From the IMG/VR virus record IMGVR_UViG_3300028591_000094, positions 32,001 through 96,000 of that record: a stretch of DNA of 64,000 bases, one strand, 5' to 3'. Under the pieces are notes generated by a model that ran no database searches, was not told the DNA's origin, and saw only the letters and a program-made list of their open reading frames with translations. The stretch's first letter is position 1. The number at the start of each line of letters is the position of its first letter. The position numbers and the translations under genes are program-made. This DNA is from a virus (taxonomy: Duplodnaviria > Caudoviricetes). This document shows, in pieces, positions 32,612 through 43,329 of this stretch.

Positions 32612-34822
32612 TTAGATGAGTTTGTTTATTCTTTCAAAAAGGTTGAAGAACCGTTCGTTAGTTGACTTGCGATACGACTCCTGCAGGCTGGTACGGTCGT
32701 AATCCTCTGGGAAAATCACGTCAACTGGTTCCACAGCGTCACCTGAACGGGCGATAGCCATTTGACTTTCACCCCAAGGTTTGTAGTCAATCATGTCTGG
32801 AATTCTAATTTCGGCAACTATGATTGTACCACCATATTTAGGAGCCAATTCCTTGGCGTGTTCCAGTGTGGTGCAGAAATATACACCAGGACCGTGGAGG
32901 GCGTTGTTGTTGTCGGCTATGTGGAAACCGTTGGACATAACCTTTTCGGCTGTCTGTGGCGGGCAGCATGTGTACAGACGGTTGTCAAACTCGCCTTCCT
33001 GCGCCACGTTGTTCTCAAAGTCGTTGTTTTCGTGGGCTATGCCGTCATTATCATCGTCGTTGAACCAGTTGTCAGCCGATTCGTTTATAGCCGACGTGCC
33101 ATTACCCATACGTTCAGTATCCACGTCGCTCATTCCCAGCATGTCGAACACGCTGTCTATGTATGACTCGAACTGAGGCGAGCCGTTTTCCATTGTTCTG
33201 TTCATATTATTGTCTGATGTTGATTCATAAGTACCGTGAGGCAGATACGATTCGCTTATGGCGCGGTATCCGCTCGGAATGTTATTATACGGGCTAGCCG
33301 CTTTGCCCTGTTTGTCCTTTACAACGTTTCCCTGATAGGGGTGGGCGTCCAGTTTACGCTGAAACGCGCTGTCTGGCAATTGACCTTGATATTTGTCGTA
33401 GATGTACTTTTTCAGTTCACCAGACAAATGATTGTAAATTGTACGTGTAGCCATGGCGTTTGCAATGAGTTCGTCGAGGTTCAAGCCCTGGCACTGACTG
33501 ATAGCCCGCTCGTTGTCTATACGGTGTCTACCGACATACATTCCAGCCACCCATTTCTTGATATGGTTCGGAGTGTCACCTTCCTTCTTGGCATATTCCT
33601 TCATCTGGGGAAAGGTATCGATATAGTTCAGCAGCATGCCGAATATCTGCGACTTAATCACATTGATGTTGGGATTGCCATCCTCATCTGTTGGAATTGT
33701 GAAATCACTGAGACCTAGGAAAATGTGCAGTGTTTTATACACAGCCAAGATGTAGCTCAAATCCTCGTTGCCCATTGCGGCGAGCACTTTCTTGCGGTTC
33801 TCGGCGTTAGCCTCGTCGTCACCGTTTATTTCACCTTGAGAAAATGCTGTGGGTTTGATTTCAAATCCAGTGTTGTCAACCACACCGCGTCTCTCGGCGC
33901 TGTTCCATAAATCCTTGCGACCAGGGATTACAACCGTGTCGCTGATATCATAGTAAGCGTACCACTTGTACATGCTTGTATTGCCTTTCTTCTGGCGCAG
34001 CAAATCAATCTCAGCCTTGTTGTTCTGGTCTCTGTATCTGCCAGCATCGGCACCTGGGTCGGATGCTCTCTGTTTGGCGCGCATCTGTCTCATTGCGGCA
34101 ACCACCTCTGGGTCGTCGCGTCTTCCGCCGTCCATGGGTACTTTGTAGTAAATTGGATATTGGTGTTCCCAGTTCACTTCCCTGTTGTACTTGGACTCCC
34201 ATTCCTGCGGCGACAATATATAAGTTGCCTCGGGGAAACCAGCTTCCACACGGCGTTTGTTCTGTTGTCTAATGTAATCGATATTAGCATCGCTTAAAAC
34301 ATATGTCAAATTCTTGTTGGTTGACAGGGGAATGTGCATTTTCTGCAGACTTTCGAGAGCCTCGGGGCCCCAGTTCTGGATGTAGTTAATCCAGTCGGCG
34401 AGGTCGTCTTTCATAATCTGACTTTCCTTTTCGCCGCTAATACGGTTGTCGGCAAAAGGCTTGGCGACTCTTAGAATGTCACTGGCTGAAATTTTACCAA
34501 ACTTGGGGTCATTCATTGAATTTATAACACCCACAAGTTTCTGGATATCATGGGAAGCCACTGAGTTCGGGTCAGACAGTTCGTTTGCGGCAACCTTCAT
34601 GTAGAGGAGGTTGGAGTTGGTAACAGCCTTGGGTAAAACTTCCTTTATCTTGGCTAGCTGGTCTGGTGAGAAAAGGCTGTGTTTCTTTTTATCGGCGTCC
34701 TCCTCGTGGGCTGATATGGTCAGGTACCCCCTACTCTGGCTGGGGGATATTGTCAAAGGGGTGCCTGAAATTCTGGCACTATCCTCATTCAGAGTACTTT
34801 GGATTCTGTAATTATTGCTCAT
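32612..34822 (-). CDS. Large late protein with ArdC-N-like segment and C-terminal ART-like domain
   Basis: ATYI....W..KYNREV..YDISDT; NGF..LHGPGVYFCTTLEHAK..YGG. Confidence 0.55.
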   Translation of the reverse strand: MSNNYRIQSTLNEDSARISGTPLTISPSQSRGYLTISAHEEDADKKKHSLFSPDQLAKIKEVLPKAVTNSNLLYMKVAANELSDPNSVASHDIQKLVGVINSMNDPKFGKISASDILRVAKPFADNRISGEKESQIMKDDLADWINYIQNWGPEALESLQKMHIPLSTNKNLTYVLSDANIDYIRQQNKRRVEAGFPEATYILSPQEWESKYNREVNWEHQYPIYYKVPMDGGRRDDPEVVAAMRQMRAKQRASDPGADAGRYRDQNNKAEIDLLRQKKGNTSMYKWYAYYDISDTVVIPGRKDLWNSAERRGVVDNTGFEIKPTAFSQGEINGDDEANAENRKKVLAAMGNEDLSYILAVYKTLHIFLGLSDFTIPTDEDGNPNINVIKSQIFGMLLNYIDTFPQMKEYAKKEGDTPNHIKKWVAGMYVGRHRIDNERAISQCQGLNLDELIANAMATRTIYNHLSGELKKYIYDKYQGQLPDSAFQRKLDAHPYQGNVVKDKQGKAASPYNNIPSGYRAISESYLPHGTYESTSDNNMNRTMENGSPQFESYIDSVFDMLGMSDVDTERMGNGTSAINESADNWFNDDDNDGIAHENNDFENNVAQEGEFDNRLYTCCPPQTAEKVMSNGFHIADNNNALHGPGVYFCTTLEHAKELAPKYGGTIIVAEIRIPDMIDYKPWGESQMAIARSGDAVEPVDVIFPEDYDRTSLQESYRKSTNERFFNLFERINKLI

Positions 34823-34923
34823 TTTACTAATTCTAATTGTAGTTTATATTATATAAATATAATTAAAAAAGAAAAGCAACCGTTGGTTGGTCGCTTTTCT
34901 TGTATTCAGCAGGAGGGATGGCG

Positions 34924-35268
34924 TCATTTTTTGTTTGAATTGTTGTCGCCTGTTCCAGGGCTGCTAGCCACATACCCTGCCGATGTGGTTGTTGTGTATA
35001 TATTCCATCGCTGAAACCATTGATTGATTGGACAGTTGAAACAATCGTGGTTTGGGTTGGTACAAGTTCCATCCAAACTCAAGAAGCACCTTTCATACCC
35101 CCACCACGGTACTGACGTCGGTGATGCTGGAGGTTGTTCCGTTGTATTCGCTTCTTCCTCCTTTAAAGCCAACAGCTCAGCCAGAGTCTGTTTCGATAGC
35201 TTCATGTACTTTTCAACTTTTTTGTGGAAGCCATCGGACGTTGTCTTTAAGTTCTCATTGTTGTTCAC
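34924..35268 (-). CDS. Hypothetical protein
   Basis: ORF with Cys cluster. Confidence 0.55.
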   Translation of the reverse strand: MNNNENLKTTSDGFHKKVEKYMKLSKQTLAELLALKEEEANTTEQPPASPTSVPWWGYERCFLSLDGTCTNPNHDCFNCPINQWFQRWNIYTTTTSAGYVASSPGTGDNNSNKK

Positions 35269-35288
35269 AATATTTAAGTTTAACTCAA

Positions 35289-36440
35289 TTATTTACAGTA
35301 GATTTTGCGGCTAAGCAACTGACCAATACGTGAATCATAAACTTCATAATACTGGCAAGGTTCCTCGCAAGAAAACCCATTGGATAGTGCAAAAGTATTG
35401 TACCCTATGATGGAGCCGTTTACAACAGCATTTGGGATTGAAACACATTGATGGAAATGTCCAATATAGATTTTATCCTGCCCAAACACTTTACCCCATT
35501 TAAGGGCTAAACGGTTGAGAGCGGGGTATATACCACACACTGTACCGTTACCGCCGCCACGAATCTGGAAACCGTGGGCGAAGATAAACTTCTGTCCATC
35601 GGGGGTGTTTACAACAGCGACTTCCGATTCTGGGATACAAAATTCAATCGGCAGACCGTCATTCTTGCACTGTTGCTCGATGTTCTTGTACATAAGCCAC
35701 TCGTAGCTCATCTTGAAACCGTTGGCGTGCTGAATCTTCTTGGTTGTACGACTGTGGTTGCCGACGATACCGATAAATTTGATTGAATTAAGGTCGGTGG
35801 TCTCGCAGATGTATTTTAGTCCATTGTAAATCAAACTCTGGGCTTTGAGTGTTGCTTCTAAGGGTGAAAGACCGTTGCACTGAGTCAATTCATCATGCAG
35901 GAACCCTGTTATACTATCGCCGAGTGACGCGAAAATGAGGTCATCAACCTCGTCAACCTTAATGCACTCACAGAGATTCTCAAAATATTTTTGAATGCGC
36001 TTTTCAGCAATTTCAATGTTATACTCATTCATATTGAGAACTGAGGCTGGATTAACAGTTTCCTCAATATGCGCATCCGAGAACAGGGCGACAGCATAGC
36101 GAGAGCCAGGTTTCTTTGGGGTGTACTTGAAGTTATAGGTCGTGAAGCCCAAGTTTTGGACATCCTTCATCTTTTTGAACTGTTTAAAATCTTGTTCATC
36201 CTCCTTGGACATAGTCTCTGTTACGGGAGCGTCGGCTTGTTTCACCACTGGACGGGTGTTGACGGCATAATAAGTCATACCGTTAAATTTGAAATAACCG
36301 TCCTGTTTCAGTTTCTTACCGATTGTCGCGTGGTCAACACCGATAACGGCTTCCAATTGTCTAAGACTGTCATACGTTTTTCCGTTTTCATCAACCAGCT
36401 TGTTTGAGCGGCTGGGGTAAAGTTCAAATTTGTTTTTCAT
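35289..36440 (-). CDS. Calcineurin-like metallophosphoesterase with N-terminal HTH
   Basis: SDAH, LGD, GNH, AHG, GHFH. Confidence 0.85.
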   Translation of the reverse strand: MKNKFELYPSRSNKLVDENGKTYDSLRQLEAVIGVDHATIGKKLKQDGYFKFNGMTYYAVNTRPVVKQADAPVTETMSKEDEQDFKQFKKMKDVQNLGFTTYNFKYTPKKPGSRYAVALFSDAHIEETVNPASVLNMNEYNIEIAEKRIQKYFENLCECIKVDEVDDLIFASLGDSITGFLHDELTQCNGLSPLEATLKAQSLIYNGLKYICETTDLNSIKFIGIVGNHSRTTKKIQHANGFKMSYEWLMYKNIEQQCKNDGLPIEFCIPESEVAVVNTPDGQKFIFAHGFQIRGGGNGTVCGIYPALNRLALKWGKVFGQDKIYIGHFHQCVSIPNAVVNGSIIGYNTFALSNGFSCEEPCQYYEVYDSRIGQLLSRKIYCK

Positions 36441-36570
36441 GTAACTTTGTTTTCGTTAAACTTTTATTGACTTTCTTTTCTACTAATATACGACTTTTTT
36501 ATCAATAAGCCAGAAAATGAGCAACTTTTTTTGTTAAGTTGCTCATAAAAAAACCTGGTTATTTGTACGG

Positions 36571-38136
36571 TTAGTTGTTGCCATAGGCATCCTGCATCTC
36601 CATGTCAACCTCGCCTTTATCCATCTGCTTAGCCTCTCTGAATTTAAAAGCTTCAGTTTTTAATTTGAAGGCTTCAACCTTAGCGTCACCTTCGATACGA
36701 ACCACGATACCTTCGCGTGGAACCTTGTTTTTACACATAGGCTCATTGAGCTCCATTCCGAAGTGTTCCTGGTCGTTTCTCATGGCAATAAGCACATTCT
36801 CGTTCCAATGTTCGGAAACATCGATGCCTGGGTACAGATTGCTGAGAGTGCCGTGGTAGAGAATGTTAATCGGTTTGACCTTATCGGCAAGTTCGGGATG
36901 TTCGTCAATCAAAGCCTTTGTCCAACCCCAAACCTCGTCAACCTCCCATTCGGTATGATTACCCTCTGGGTCGGTGAATGTGATACGGTAGGGCATAAGG
37001 TAGCTCGTACCAGGCTGGCAACCGTAGTCATAACCTTTCTGAATCATTGACTGCGAACCGTCGACATACCCACAAATTTCACCGTACACGGTCATACCCT
37101 CGATAAGGTATGGATAGATGAGCTCACCATATTTCGACCATACATCGGTACCGTAAAAGTGACGCTGAATACCGCTGTTGATGTACTGGTTCTTGATAAC
37201 AGTACGACTTGACGTCACGTTACCGTATTCGAGTTTGAATTGGCTGTTAATATAGTCCTTGATTCGTGCTCTTTCATTATTGACGGCAACTCTCTGCCAT
37301 GGGTAGCGGCACTGGGTCTTTGCAAGAGCTTTCAAACGACGGTACATGCTTTTGTTCTTCACCCTACGGGGCAACGTAGCGGGCAACGGTTTCTTCACCA
37401 GAAGTTTTCCAACAATCAAGCTGGTACCGTGCTCCTTGACCGAAATGAATACTGGTGTTTCAGGTTTAAAACGCCATATATTATCTTGAATTTGGTTAGT
37501 TGAGTAATGGAATGAAAATTGTCCCTCCACCATTCGGTCGAACCTTTTCAGCTTGCGATTGCGTTTCGCAGCCTTGTCAGCTCGTGCCTGTTCTCTGTTA
37601 GATATTCGTGGCACGTAAGCTTTTACGAACAAATCGCCACCGATTGTGTCGAAACAGAAAGGCTCCACGATACCGTCCTCGTTAGGAATGAAACACTGAC
37701 TGAAATCGTAGTTGGCAATTTCAGGTTTCCATTTTGCAAGGGCGTCAATTGTGAACAAGCATCCCTCCGACGGACATTTGCGGAGTTTGACGATGCGTAC
37801 ACGACCGTACTTGTTGAAATAGCCGACGAGTTTCTTGGCTTCGTCTTCCTTGCCCTCGTCCATGAGAGCCTGAACCTCCTCGTAGTTCTTGTTGAGGTGG
37901 CGCTCGCCTATCTCGAACTGGTTGTTGACCGAAAGGAAGTCGGCGTTGACCTCGGTCTCCAGTTTGGCGTAAACCATGATTTCACCCTCTTTCACGTCGT
38001 TTTTGCCTACAACGACATTGAATCCGTTGACACTGGTGCGTGCGAGAAAGTCGGAGCCCTCAATGGGGATGAGCTCGCCGATTCTCACGACCTGTGCACA
38101 GTACTCTTGTTTGTAATTTTCACTTTTTGTAAACAT
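36571..38136 (-). CDS. RNA ligase (Rnl2/DRB0094-like) with N-terminal OB-fold
   Basis: Motif I KEHGT, GEICG, REGIVVR, FKLK; N-terminal PIEGSDFL. Confidence 0.8.
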   Translation of the reverse strand: MFTKSENYKQEYCAQVVRIGELIPIEGSDFLARTSVNGFNVVVGKNDVKEGEIMVYAKLETEVNADFLSVNNQFEIGERHLNKNYEEVQALMDEGKEDEAKKLVGYFNKYGRVRIVKLRKCPSEGCLFTIDALAKWKPEIANYDFSQCFIPNEDGIVEPFCFDTIGGDLFVKAYVPRISNREQARADKAAKRNRKLKRFDRMVEGQFSFHYSTNQIQDNIWRFKPETPVFISVKEHGTSLIVGKLLVKKPLPATLPRRVKNKSMYRRLKALAKTQCRYPWQRVAVNNERARIKDYINSQFKLEYGNVTSSRTVIKNQYINSGIQRHFYGTDVWSKYGELIYPYLIEGMTVYGEICGYVDGSQSMIQKGYDYGCQPGTSYLMPYRITFTDPEGNHTEWEVDEVWGWTKALIDEHPELADKVKPINILYHGTLSNLYPGIDVSEHWNENVLIAMRNDQEHFGMELNEPMCKNKVPREGIVVRIEGDAKVEAFKLKTEAFKFREAKQMDKGEVDMEMQDAYGNN

Positions 38137-38157
38137 AATTTATCTAATTTTTTAGCG

Positions 38158-38358
38158 TTAGAATTTGGTGTTTTTGAAAAAGATGACCGCCAGTCCGAGT
38201 AGAAACAGTATGCTGCAAGCCATCGGTATCCAGGCTGGTGCCAAAACCCACAGCCATGACCAGGTTATGACCTTGCATAGTTTAAGAACTATAAAAGCCA
38301 CCAGCAGCAGTGTCGGTAAACCTCCGACGGTGACTGAAATTTTCTTTTTGTCGCTCAT
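38158..38358 (-). CDS. Small membrane protein
   Basis: FIVLKL..VITWSWLWVLAPAWI. Confidence 0.7.
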   Translation of the reverse strand: MSDKKKISVTVGGLPTLLLVAFIVLKLCKVITWSWLWVLAPAWIPMACSILFLLGLAVIFFKNTKF

Positions 38359-38387
38359 TGTTTTTGCGTAATGTTTGTTTTTATTGA

Positions 38388-39044
38388 TTATTCAATGGTT
38401 TCAACTTCTTTCATGAACTTCTCGAAGAACTCCTTGTTGGATTGATTGCGCTTGACTGTTTCGTTGAGACTGTTCAGATAATATGCTACGTCATCCTCGA
38501 GACATTGACGTCTAACCGCCATATCCTTCTCGAATACCTTTCTCGAATTTTCATCCTTCAGTTCTTCGTCATAACGGTCGATTTCCTTTTGGTAGAACTC
38601 AATATCATCCTTGGATTTCTCACATTGCTCGATAGCGAATTGTTTGATTTCATTGAACTCGGGCGAACATTTCCATTCCGAGATACGGTTGATGAAATCA
38701 TCGTACTTGGCGTTCTTTGCCTTAATTTCCTCCAAACGTTTTGCATAGTATTCTCGTTCTTCCTTAATTCCTGTGATGTATTCATGGTAGGCTTTTTCAA
38801 CAGCTTCACCCTGCAGCTCGGTATACTCTTCGAGTTTTTTCTGCGCCTCTTCGTATTGTCCCTTGTTGTAGTTGTAGTTCCAGCTGTCCTCAAGGTTGAA
38901 CCTTGCGTTTATGACCGATTCAAGACTCAGCGATTCGTCCCTCTTGTCGATGAAGATGCCGAATGCACGGAGACAGAGTTTGAGAAAATCCTTGGGCTCT
39001 GTTATTTTGCCCTCTTCGATGAATGATGTGTAACCTGTTGGCAT
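38388..39044 (-). CDS. Hypothetical coiled-coil phage protein
   Basis: MPTGYT N-terminus. Confidence 0.7.
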   Translation of the reverse strand: MPTGYTSFIEEGKITEPKDFLKLCLRAFGIFIDKRDESLSLESVINARFNLEDSWNYNYNKGQYEEAQKKLEEYTELQGEAVEKAYHEYITGIKEEREYYAKRLEEIKAKNAKYDDFINRISEWKCSPEFNEIKQFAIEQCEKSKDDIEFYQKEIDRYDEELKDENSRKVFEKDMAVRRQCLEDDVAYYLNSLNETVKRNQSNKEFFEKFMKEVETIE

Positions 39045-39179
39045 AATTAATTATTTTTATTGTTGAACTTTTTTCATAATAAACTCAGTTCTTTGAAATG
39101 GTGTCTCGAGGTTGCCGCCCGAAACCCGTGGGTGGCGTAAAACCATAGGCGTTTTTTGTACAACAAACTCAAAAAAAAG

Positions 39180-40010
39180 TTATTCGTGGTCTCTGATTTC
39201 AATCCAGTCGGGGCGCATTCCATCTGTTATAACCGCCCCTAACATTGTGAATTTTACATCATCCCGCACATCGGTGCAGTGCTTATGGTAATGCCCGTAA
39301 GTCCACGACTCCAACGGCTGGTTTTGGACAACTTTGAGTTCATCCCATATCAAATCCATAACATGGCGTTCGTAGTCAATATCGGCAAAAAGCGTTTCGT
39401 CATTCTTACCCCAAGCTTCAATACCGTCTTTCGACTGAGGTTCACAAAAGCTTGGACTGGTATGAGTGCAAACGTGTTTGATAACAATCCCTTGTTTATT
39501 AATCTCATTGAAAGCATCTTGATTGAAAACTGGCGCTTCGTCTGCCCAATATATGTTGTTGGTGTGTGTTGCAGCATCCTCTTCGGTTGCACCTTTATGC
39601 CATTTAAGATAAGCATCCATCATTCGCTGTTTTTCGGACATACGCCACTTGCGGTCGATTGACGTTGCGCCGCCCACCATTAATATGGTGTCATTAAGTA
39701 TAGTGTAGTCTGGAACTGGGAGGATGTATTTGGTTGTAACAATCTTATTATTGAAGAACGCTGGGTCGTCGTGATTACCTCGGAACATAATGATGTACGT
39801 CTGACGGTCTCGACACAACCGATTGAGTTTTTCGAGAGCAACTTTGGTTGCCTCTTTACTGTAGAACCCTAATCCGCAATCTCCGCATACAATAATGCCA
39901 CTATGGTTGATATTATACGTCTTAATCATACTGACAAGCGATGAGAAACAGCCGTGTATATCACCCACGGCATATATTGCTTCAACAGGAATATTGACTT
40001 TATTAATCAT
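39180..40010 (-). CDS. Metallophosphoesterase
   Basis: GDIHG, GD.G, RGNHD, GGATSIDR, THT, GHYH. Confidence 0.9.
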   Translation of the reverse strand: MINKVNIPVEAIYAVGDIHGCFSSLVSMIKTYNINHSGIIVCGDCGLGFYSKEATKVALEKLNRLCRDRQTYIIMFRGNHDDPAFFNNKIVTTKYILPVPDYTILNDTILMVGGATSIDRKWRMSEKQRMMDAYLKWHKGATEEDAATHTNNIYWADEAPVFNQDAFNEINKQGIVIKHVCTHTSPSFCEPQSKDGIEAWGKNDETLFADIDYERHVMDLIWDELKVVQNQPLESWTYGHYHKHCTDVRDDVKFTMLGAVITDGMRPDWIEIRDHE

Positions 40011-40049
40011 GTTATTATTAATATACGAAAAATTTGTATCATATTAAAC

Positions 40050-40079
40050 AAAAAAAGCGAAGCCTATTGTGGACTTCGC
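40050..40079 (-). terminator. Intrinsic terminator
   Basis: GCGAAGTC/GGCTTCGC followed by T7. Confidence 0.75.
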
Positions 40080-40262
40080 ATCTTCACAGTTAATGTGTCT
40101 ACGGATTTAACGTCGCCCACGCGATGGCGGTCTGGTGTATCTGAACGGGTCGAGGTCGGTCGAGTAGACTACCACCACGTCGTCCTACTAGTCATACGGC
40201 ATACGGACGGCGAACTTCCTTTTCAATTTTTCTTAATAATAAATAGTGTAGGACTGTTTTTC

Positions 40263-40508
40263 TCAGTCGATAATCTCGACAGTCATTCTTACCTTATGTC
40301 CCAGCAAACTGTCCAAAAAAGTGTGTTTTCCTTCATCAGAAAATGACGTGAATGTGATGTCGTAGTCGCAGCTGTCGACTGAGTCATCATCTTCAGCCAG
40401 CTGAACCAAACTGATTGATTTGGCGTTGATTGATTCGTCATATTCAAACAAATCATCAGCCAGACCCTCAATAACAAGTTTCTGTGGAATGTCTTCAATT
40501 GGTTTCAT
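40263..40508 (-). CDS. Hypothetical protein
   Basis: ORF. Confidence 0.55.
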   Translation of the reverse strand: MKPIEDIPQKLVIEGLADDLFEYDESINAKSISLVQLAEDDDSVDSCDYDITFTSFSDEGKHTFLDSLLGHKVRMTVEIID

Positions 40509-40683
40509 ATTCTAAACGGATTGATGCATTATATATACAATATATATTATCCGAAGTTAAATTGCCAAAAATTTAGGGAATTTTAACATTTAGAGCCGAC
40601 ACATGCAAAAACAAAAAAAAAACACAGTCAAAACGACTGTGTTAAAATTTGATATGATTAAAGCCAACTGATATATGGTTCTG

Positions 40684-41460
40684 TTAAAGTAACTTTATTT
40701 CATACAGCGTAAACCTGGTGTCTGGGGATGCTGGCTCGATAAAACGCTTATAGAAGTTGGTTGTCCAGTCTATGGCAGTCTCCTGTTCACCGCACATGTA
40801 TTTCTCGGCGGTTGCCACTCCGTAAGTCCAGAAGGCGCAACTGTGCTGCACATATTCCTCTGCATTCTTGAAGTTGGCGAAATACTCCTTGCGGTTACTG
40901 AAACTCGACTTGATAAGGTGCTCATCTTCCGTCTCTGGTTCCTTGTCGTCAACGCATACCGCCCATGCCGAGTAGTATATGTCAGTGTTTGCCATATGTA
41001 CCTTAGTCCAGTCGATTTCGCTTTTTGTTGCACTGTACACCTTCAGTCCGTCTTTCAATATGAACGGATTGCTGAATGGCGCCTCGTCTCTCTGGTCTTG
41101 CCTGATTCTTTTGTCATAGCATTTCTCATACTGGTAGTGTGCATCAGGATTCTCGGTCGACCACGCATCCCCATTCTCGTCGTAGGTACAGCCGTAAGTC
41201 AACTGCTGGTAGAATTCGAAATCATCCATAGCCAAATGTTCCTCGTACAAATCCTTGAAATGGTCAAGCATAGGGTGATTGGTATCCTGAGCCGCCTTGA
41301 TGTGGGCTTCAATGAACTTCAAATCCTGTTTGTGGAGTTTGGCTGCATCGTCGAAATGATATCTCAGATATTTCGGCACCTTGGTGTCAAGACTGTATTT
41401 CGCCGCTATTTCCTCGTGGTTATCACCGATAACCAAAAGTGTTCTAAATGAATTTGCCAT
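40684..41460 (-). CDS. Hypothetical protein
   Basis: 258 aa ORF. Confidence 0.7.
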   Translation of the reverse strand: MANSFRTLLVIGDNHEEIAAKYSLDTKVPKYLRYHFDDAAKLHKQDLKFIEAHIKAAQDTNHPMLDHFKDLYEEHLAMDDFEFYQQLTYGCTYDENGDAWSTENPDAHYQYEKCYDKRIRQDQRDEAPFSNPFILKDGLKVYSATKSEIDWTKVHMANTDIYYSAWAVCVDDKEPETEDEHLIKSSFSNRKEYFANFKNAEEYVQHSCAFWTYGVATAEKYMCGEQETAIDWTTNFYKRFIEPASPDTRFTLYEIKLL

Positions 41461-41463
41461 GTA

Positions 41464-42237
41464 TTATGATTTATTATATCTCTTAATTTTATATAAATTC
41501 TTTCGCATAAAGCTATGTTTTAGAAGAATTGCTATCTTTCCGAAGATATTTTTTCCACCGTACTGTCTTATTGTTTGAACATACTGGTTGAAATCCCTAG
41601 TGTAGGCTTTCTGGAAGAAATATACCAGAATGTCGTCTGGTGTCAGAAAACGGTAGTTGGCAAGGCGCCCGTCAAGTCCAACGTCCACCCTCAGGTCGGG
41701 GTTTCTTTCATTGAAACCGTCACAGGCACCATGTGAGTGACCGTGTAGTTGTATGGTTCCGTGTTCCTTGCGGTTCCATGACACCATTGGATAGTGGCAC
41801 ATCTCGAAACAGAACGTCTCGCCAGATTCGTCCTTGTATTTGAACTCCTTTATCTGGGTTATCTGCTGGAAATACCCATCCAGCTTGTCACTGTTTCCGT
41901 CATGGTTACCTAGAATCAGGAACTTTTTTCCGTGTAATTTGGATAGCAGTTTCTTGTTTTCCTCAGCCGTGTTGAAAGAGAAATCACCGAGGATGTACAC
42001 CGTGTCGTGTTTCGACACCTGGCTGTTCCACAGGTCAATCAACCACATGTCCATGAGGCTAATGATTTTACCCTCGCTAAACTCTATGTTATTTTTGCGG
42101 CAGTACTCCTTGATTTTCTCGATACGTCTCGGGCAGTATTTGAGAATGTTCTTATGATGGAAGTGGAGGTCTGAGGTAAAATATATTTGCGGTGTTTTTT
42201 TATCCATATTTTGTACTTTAATTATTGTATGTACCAA
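41464..42237 (-). CDS. Calcineurin-like phosphoesterase
   Basis: TSDLHFHH, LGD, GNHD, CHYP, HGHSH. Confidence 0.9.
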   Translation of the reverse strand: MVHTIIKVQNMDKKTPQIYFTSDLHFHHKNILKYCPRRIEKIKEYCRKNNIEFSEGKIISLMDMWLIDLWNSQVSKHDTVYILGDFSFNTAEENKKLLSKLHGKKFLILGNHDGNSDKLDGYFQQITQIKEFKYKDESGETFCFEMCHYPMVSWNRKEHGTIQLHGHSHGACDGFNERNPDLRVDVGLDGRLANYRFLTPDDILVYFFQKAYTRDFNQYVQTIRQYGGKNIFGKIAILLKHSFMRKNLYKIKRYNKS

Positions 42238-42539
42238 CTTGTGTCCAATTCTTTAAGCTTTTCAATGCATTTGACTAGCATGTACGATATTTTGTGGAAG
42301 CTATAACTGGCGTCGCATAATATATCGGGGTTTAGTTCGGTGTGTTTCAAGGAATCGTGTATATCCGAAAACCTCTCCAGCTGTTCCATAAGAGTTGAGC
42401 AAGTGTCTGTGATATCAGCGACCACTGGTTTTAAACCAGAGGCATTTGGCGTTTCCTTCTCCGTTTGATTGTGATAGGCTTCCGCCAGTCTTGCGAACTC
42501 GTCTTCAGGTGTTTCTGATTGTAATTTGTCTATCTCCAT
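42222..42539 (-). CDS. Hypothetical protein
   Basis: ORF in operon. Confidence 0.55.
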   Translation of the reverse strand: MEIDKLQSETPEDEFARLAEAYHNQTEKETPNASGLKPVVADITDTCSTLMEQLERFSDIHDSLKHTELNPDILCDASYSFHKISYMLVKCIEKLKELDTSWYIQ

Positions 42540-42544
42540 GCGAA

Positions 42545-43090
42545 TTAGTCGAAAAAGAATGTTATGCGCACATCTTCGACGTGGAGGCCCCAACTCTCAC
42601 CAGTTATCTCCTCATACTTGTGTTCGGCGAGTGTCTGTGCGGTTATACACTCACTGAGAAGCCCGTCATAAGTTTGGAAGTATTCCTCGAAGACTTCGTG
42701 ATAGTAATTGTTACTCAAGATGACATCATGGTAGTCGTCGGCGTCCTTCACTTCAGCCTCCTTGCCGTTGAGCTTGTCGGCAATCTGCTGAAGCATGCAA
42801 CAAGTGAACTCGGACTTGATGTTGTCCATAGCCTCAAGTTTCTCCCTTTCCACCCAGGCGGCAAGCTCCTGTAGTGTCATGTAGGACATCCCATAACAGT
42901 AGTAACCATCGTGACCGTCGTCGCGTTTATAACCAGATATGTCGACACAGGTGTCGGCTGGAAGACCTCTGCCGTAATAATCTTCGTTGTTATATTGATT
43001 GAAACCGTGGTAGTTGTCGCAAACTTCACCACAGTTAACCCAACCGTCCTTTGTCTTCAATTCAGTGATTCTATGGCAATATACACTCAT
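42545..43090 (-). CDS. Hypothetical phage protein
   Basis: RGLPAD and VRITFFFD pattern. Confidence 0.65.
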   Translation of the reverse strand: MSVYCHRITELKTKDGWVNCGEVCDNYHGFNQYNNEDYYGRGLPADTCVDISGYKRDDGHDGYYCYGMSYMTLQELAAWVEREKLEAMDNIKSEFTCCMLQQIADKLNGKEAEVKDADDYHDVILSNNYYHEVFEEYFQTYDGLLSECITAQTLAEHKYEEITGESWGLHVEDVRITFFFD

Positions 43091-43104
43091 AATGTTATGC
43101 TTTT

Positions 43105-43329
43105 TTATGCTTTATTGTATGGTACAGGAACCTCGCGCAGGATGACGGGATTTTCCCTTGCATCCTCCTCGGCGATTAGCTGGTCGATACCAGCGTACAT
43201 GTCACCAGAAACAGGACCACCATATATACCGTTTTGCATAAAATAGCGTCCCTCAACCAAATCCAGCTGGGTGCCCTTGGCAATGCCTCTATAGTCTGTT
43301 TTGAAAATAAATCTACGATTGCGTTTCAT
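43105..43329 (-). CDS. Hypothetical protein
   Basis: ORF in operon. Confidence 0.55.
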   Translation of the reverse strand: MKRNRRFIFKTDYRGIAKGTQLDLVEGRYFMQNGIYGGPVSGDMYAGIDQLIAEEDARENPVILREVPVPYNKA

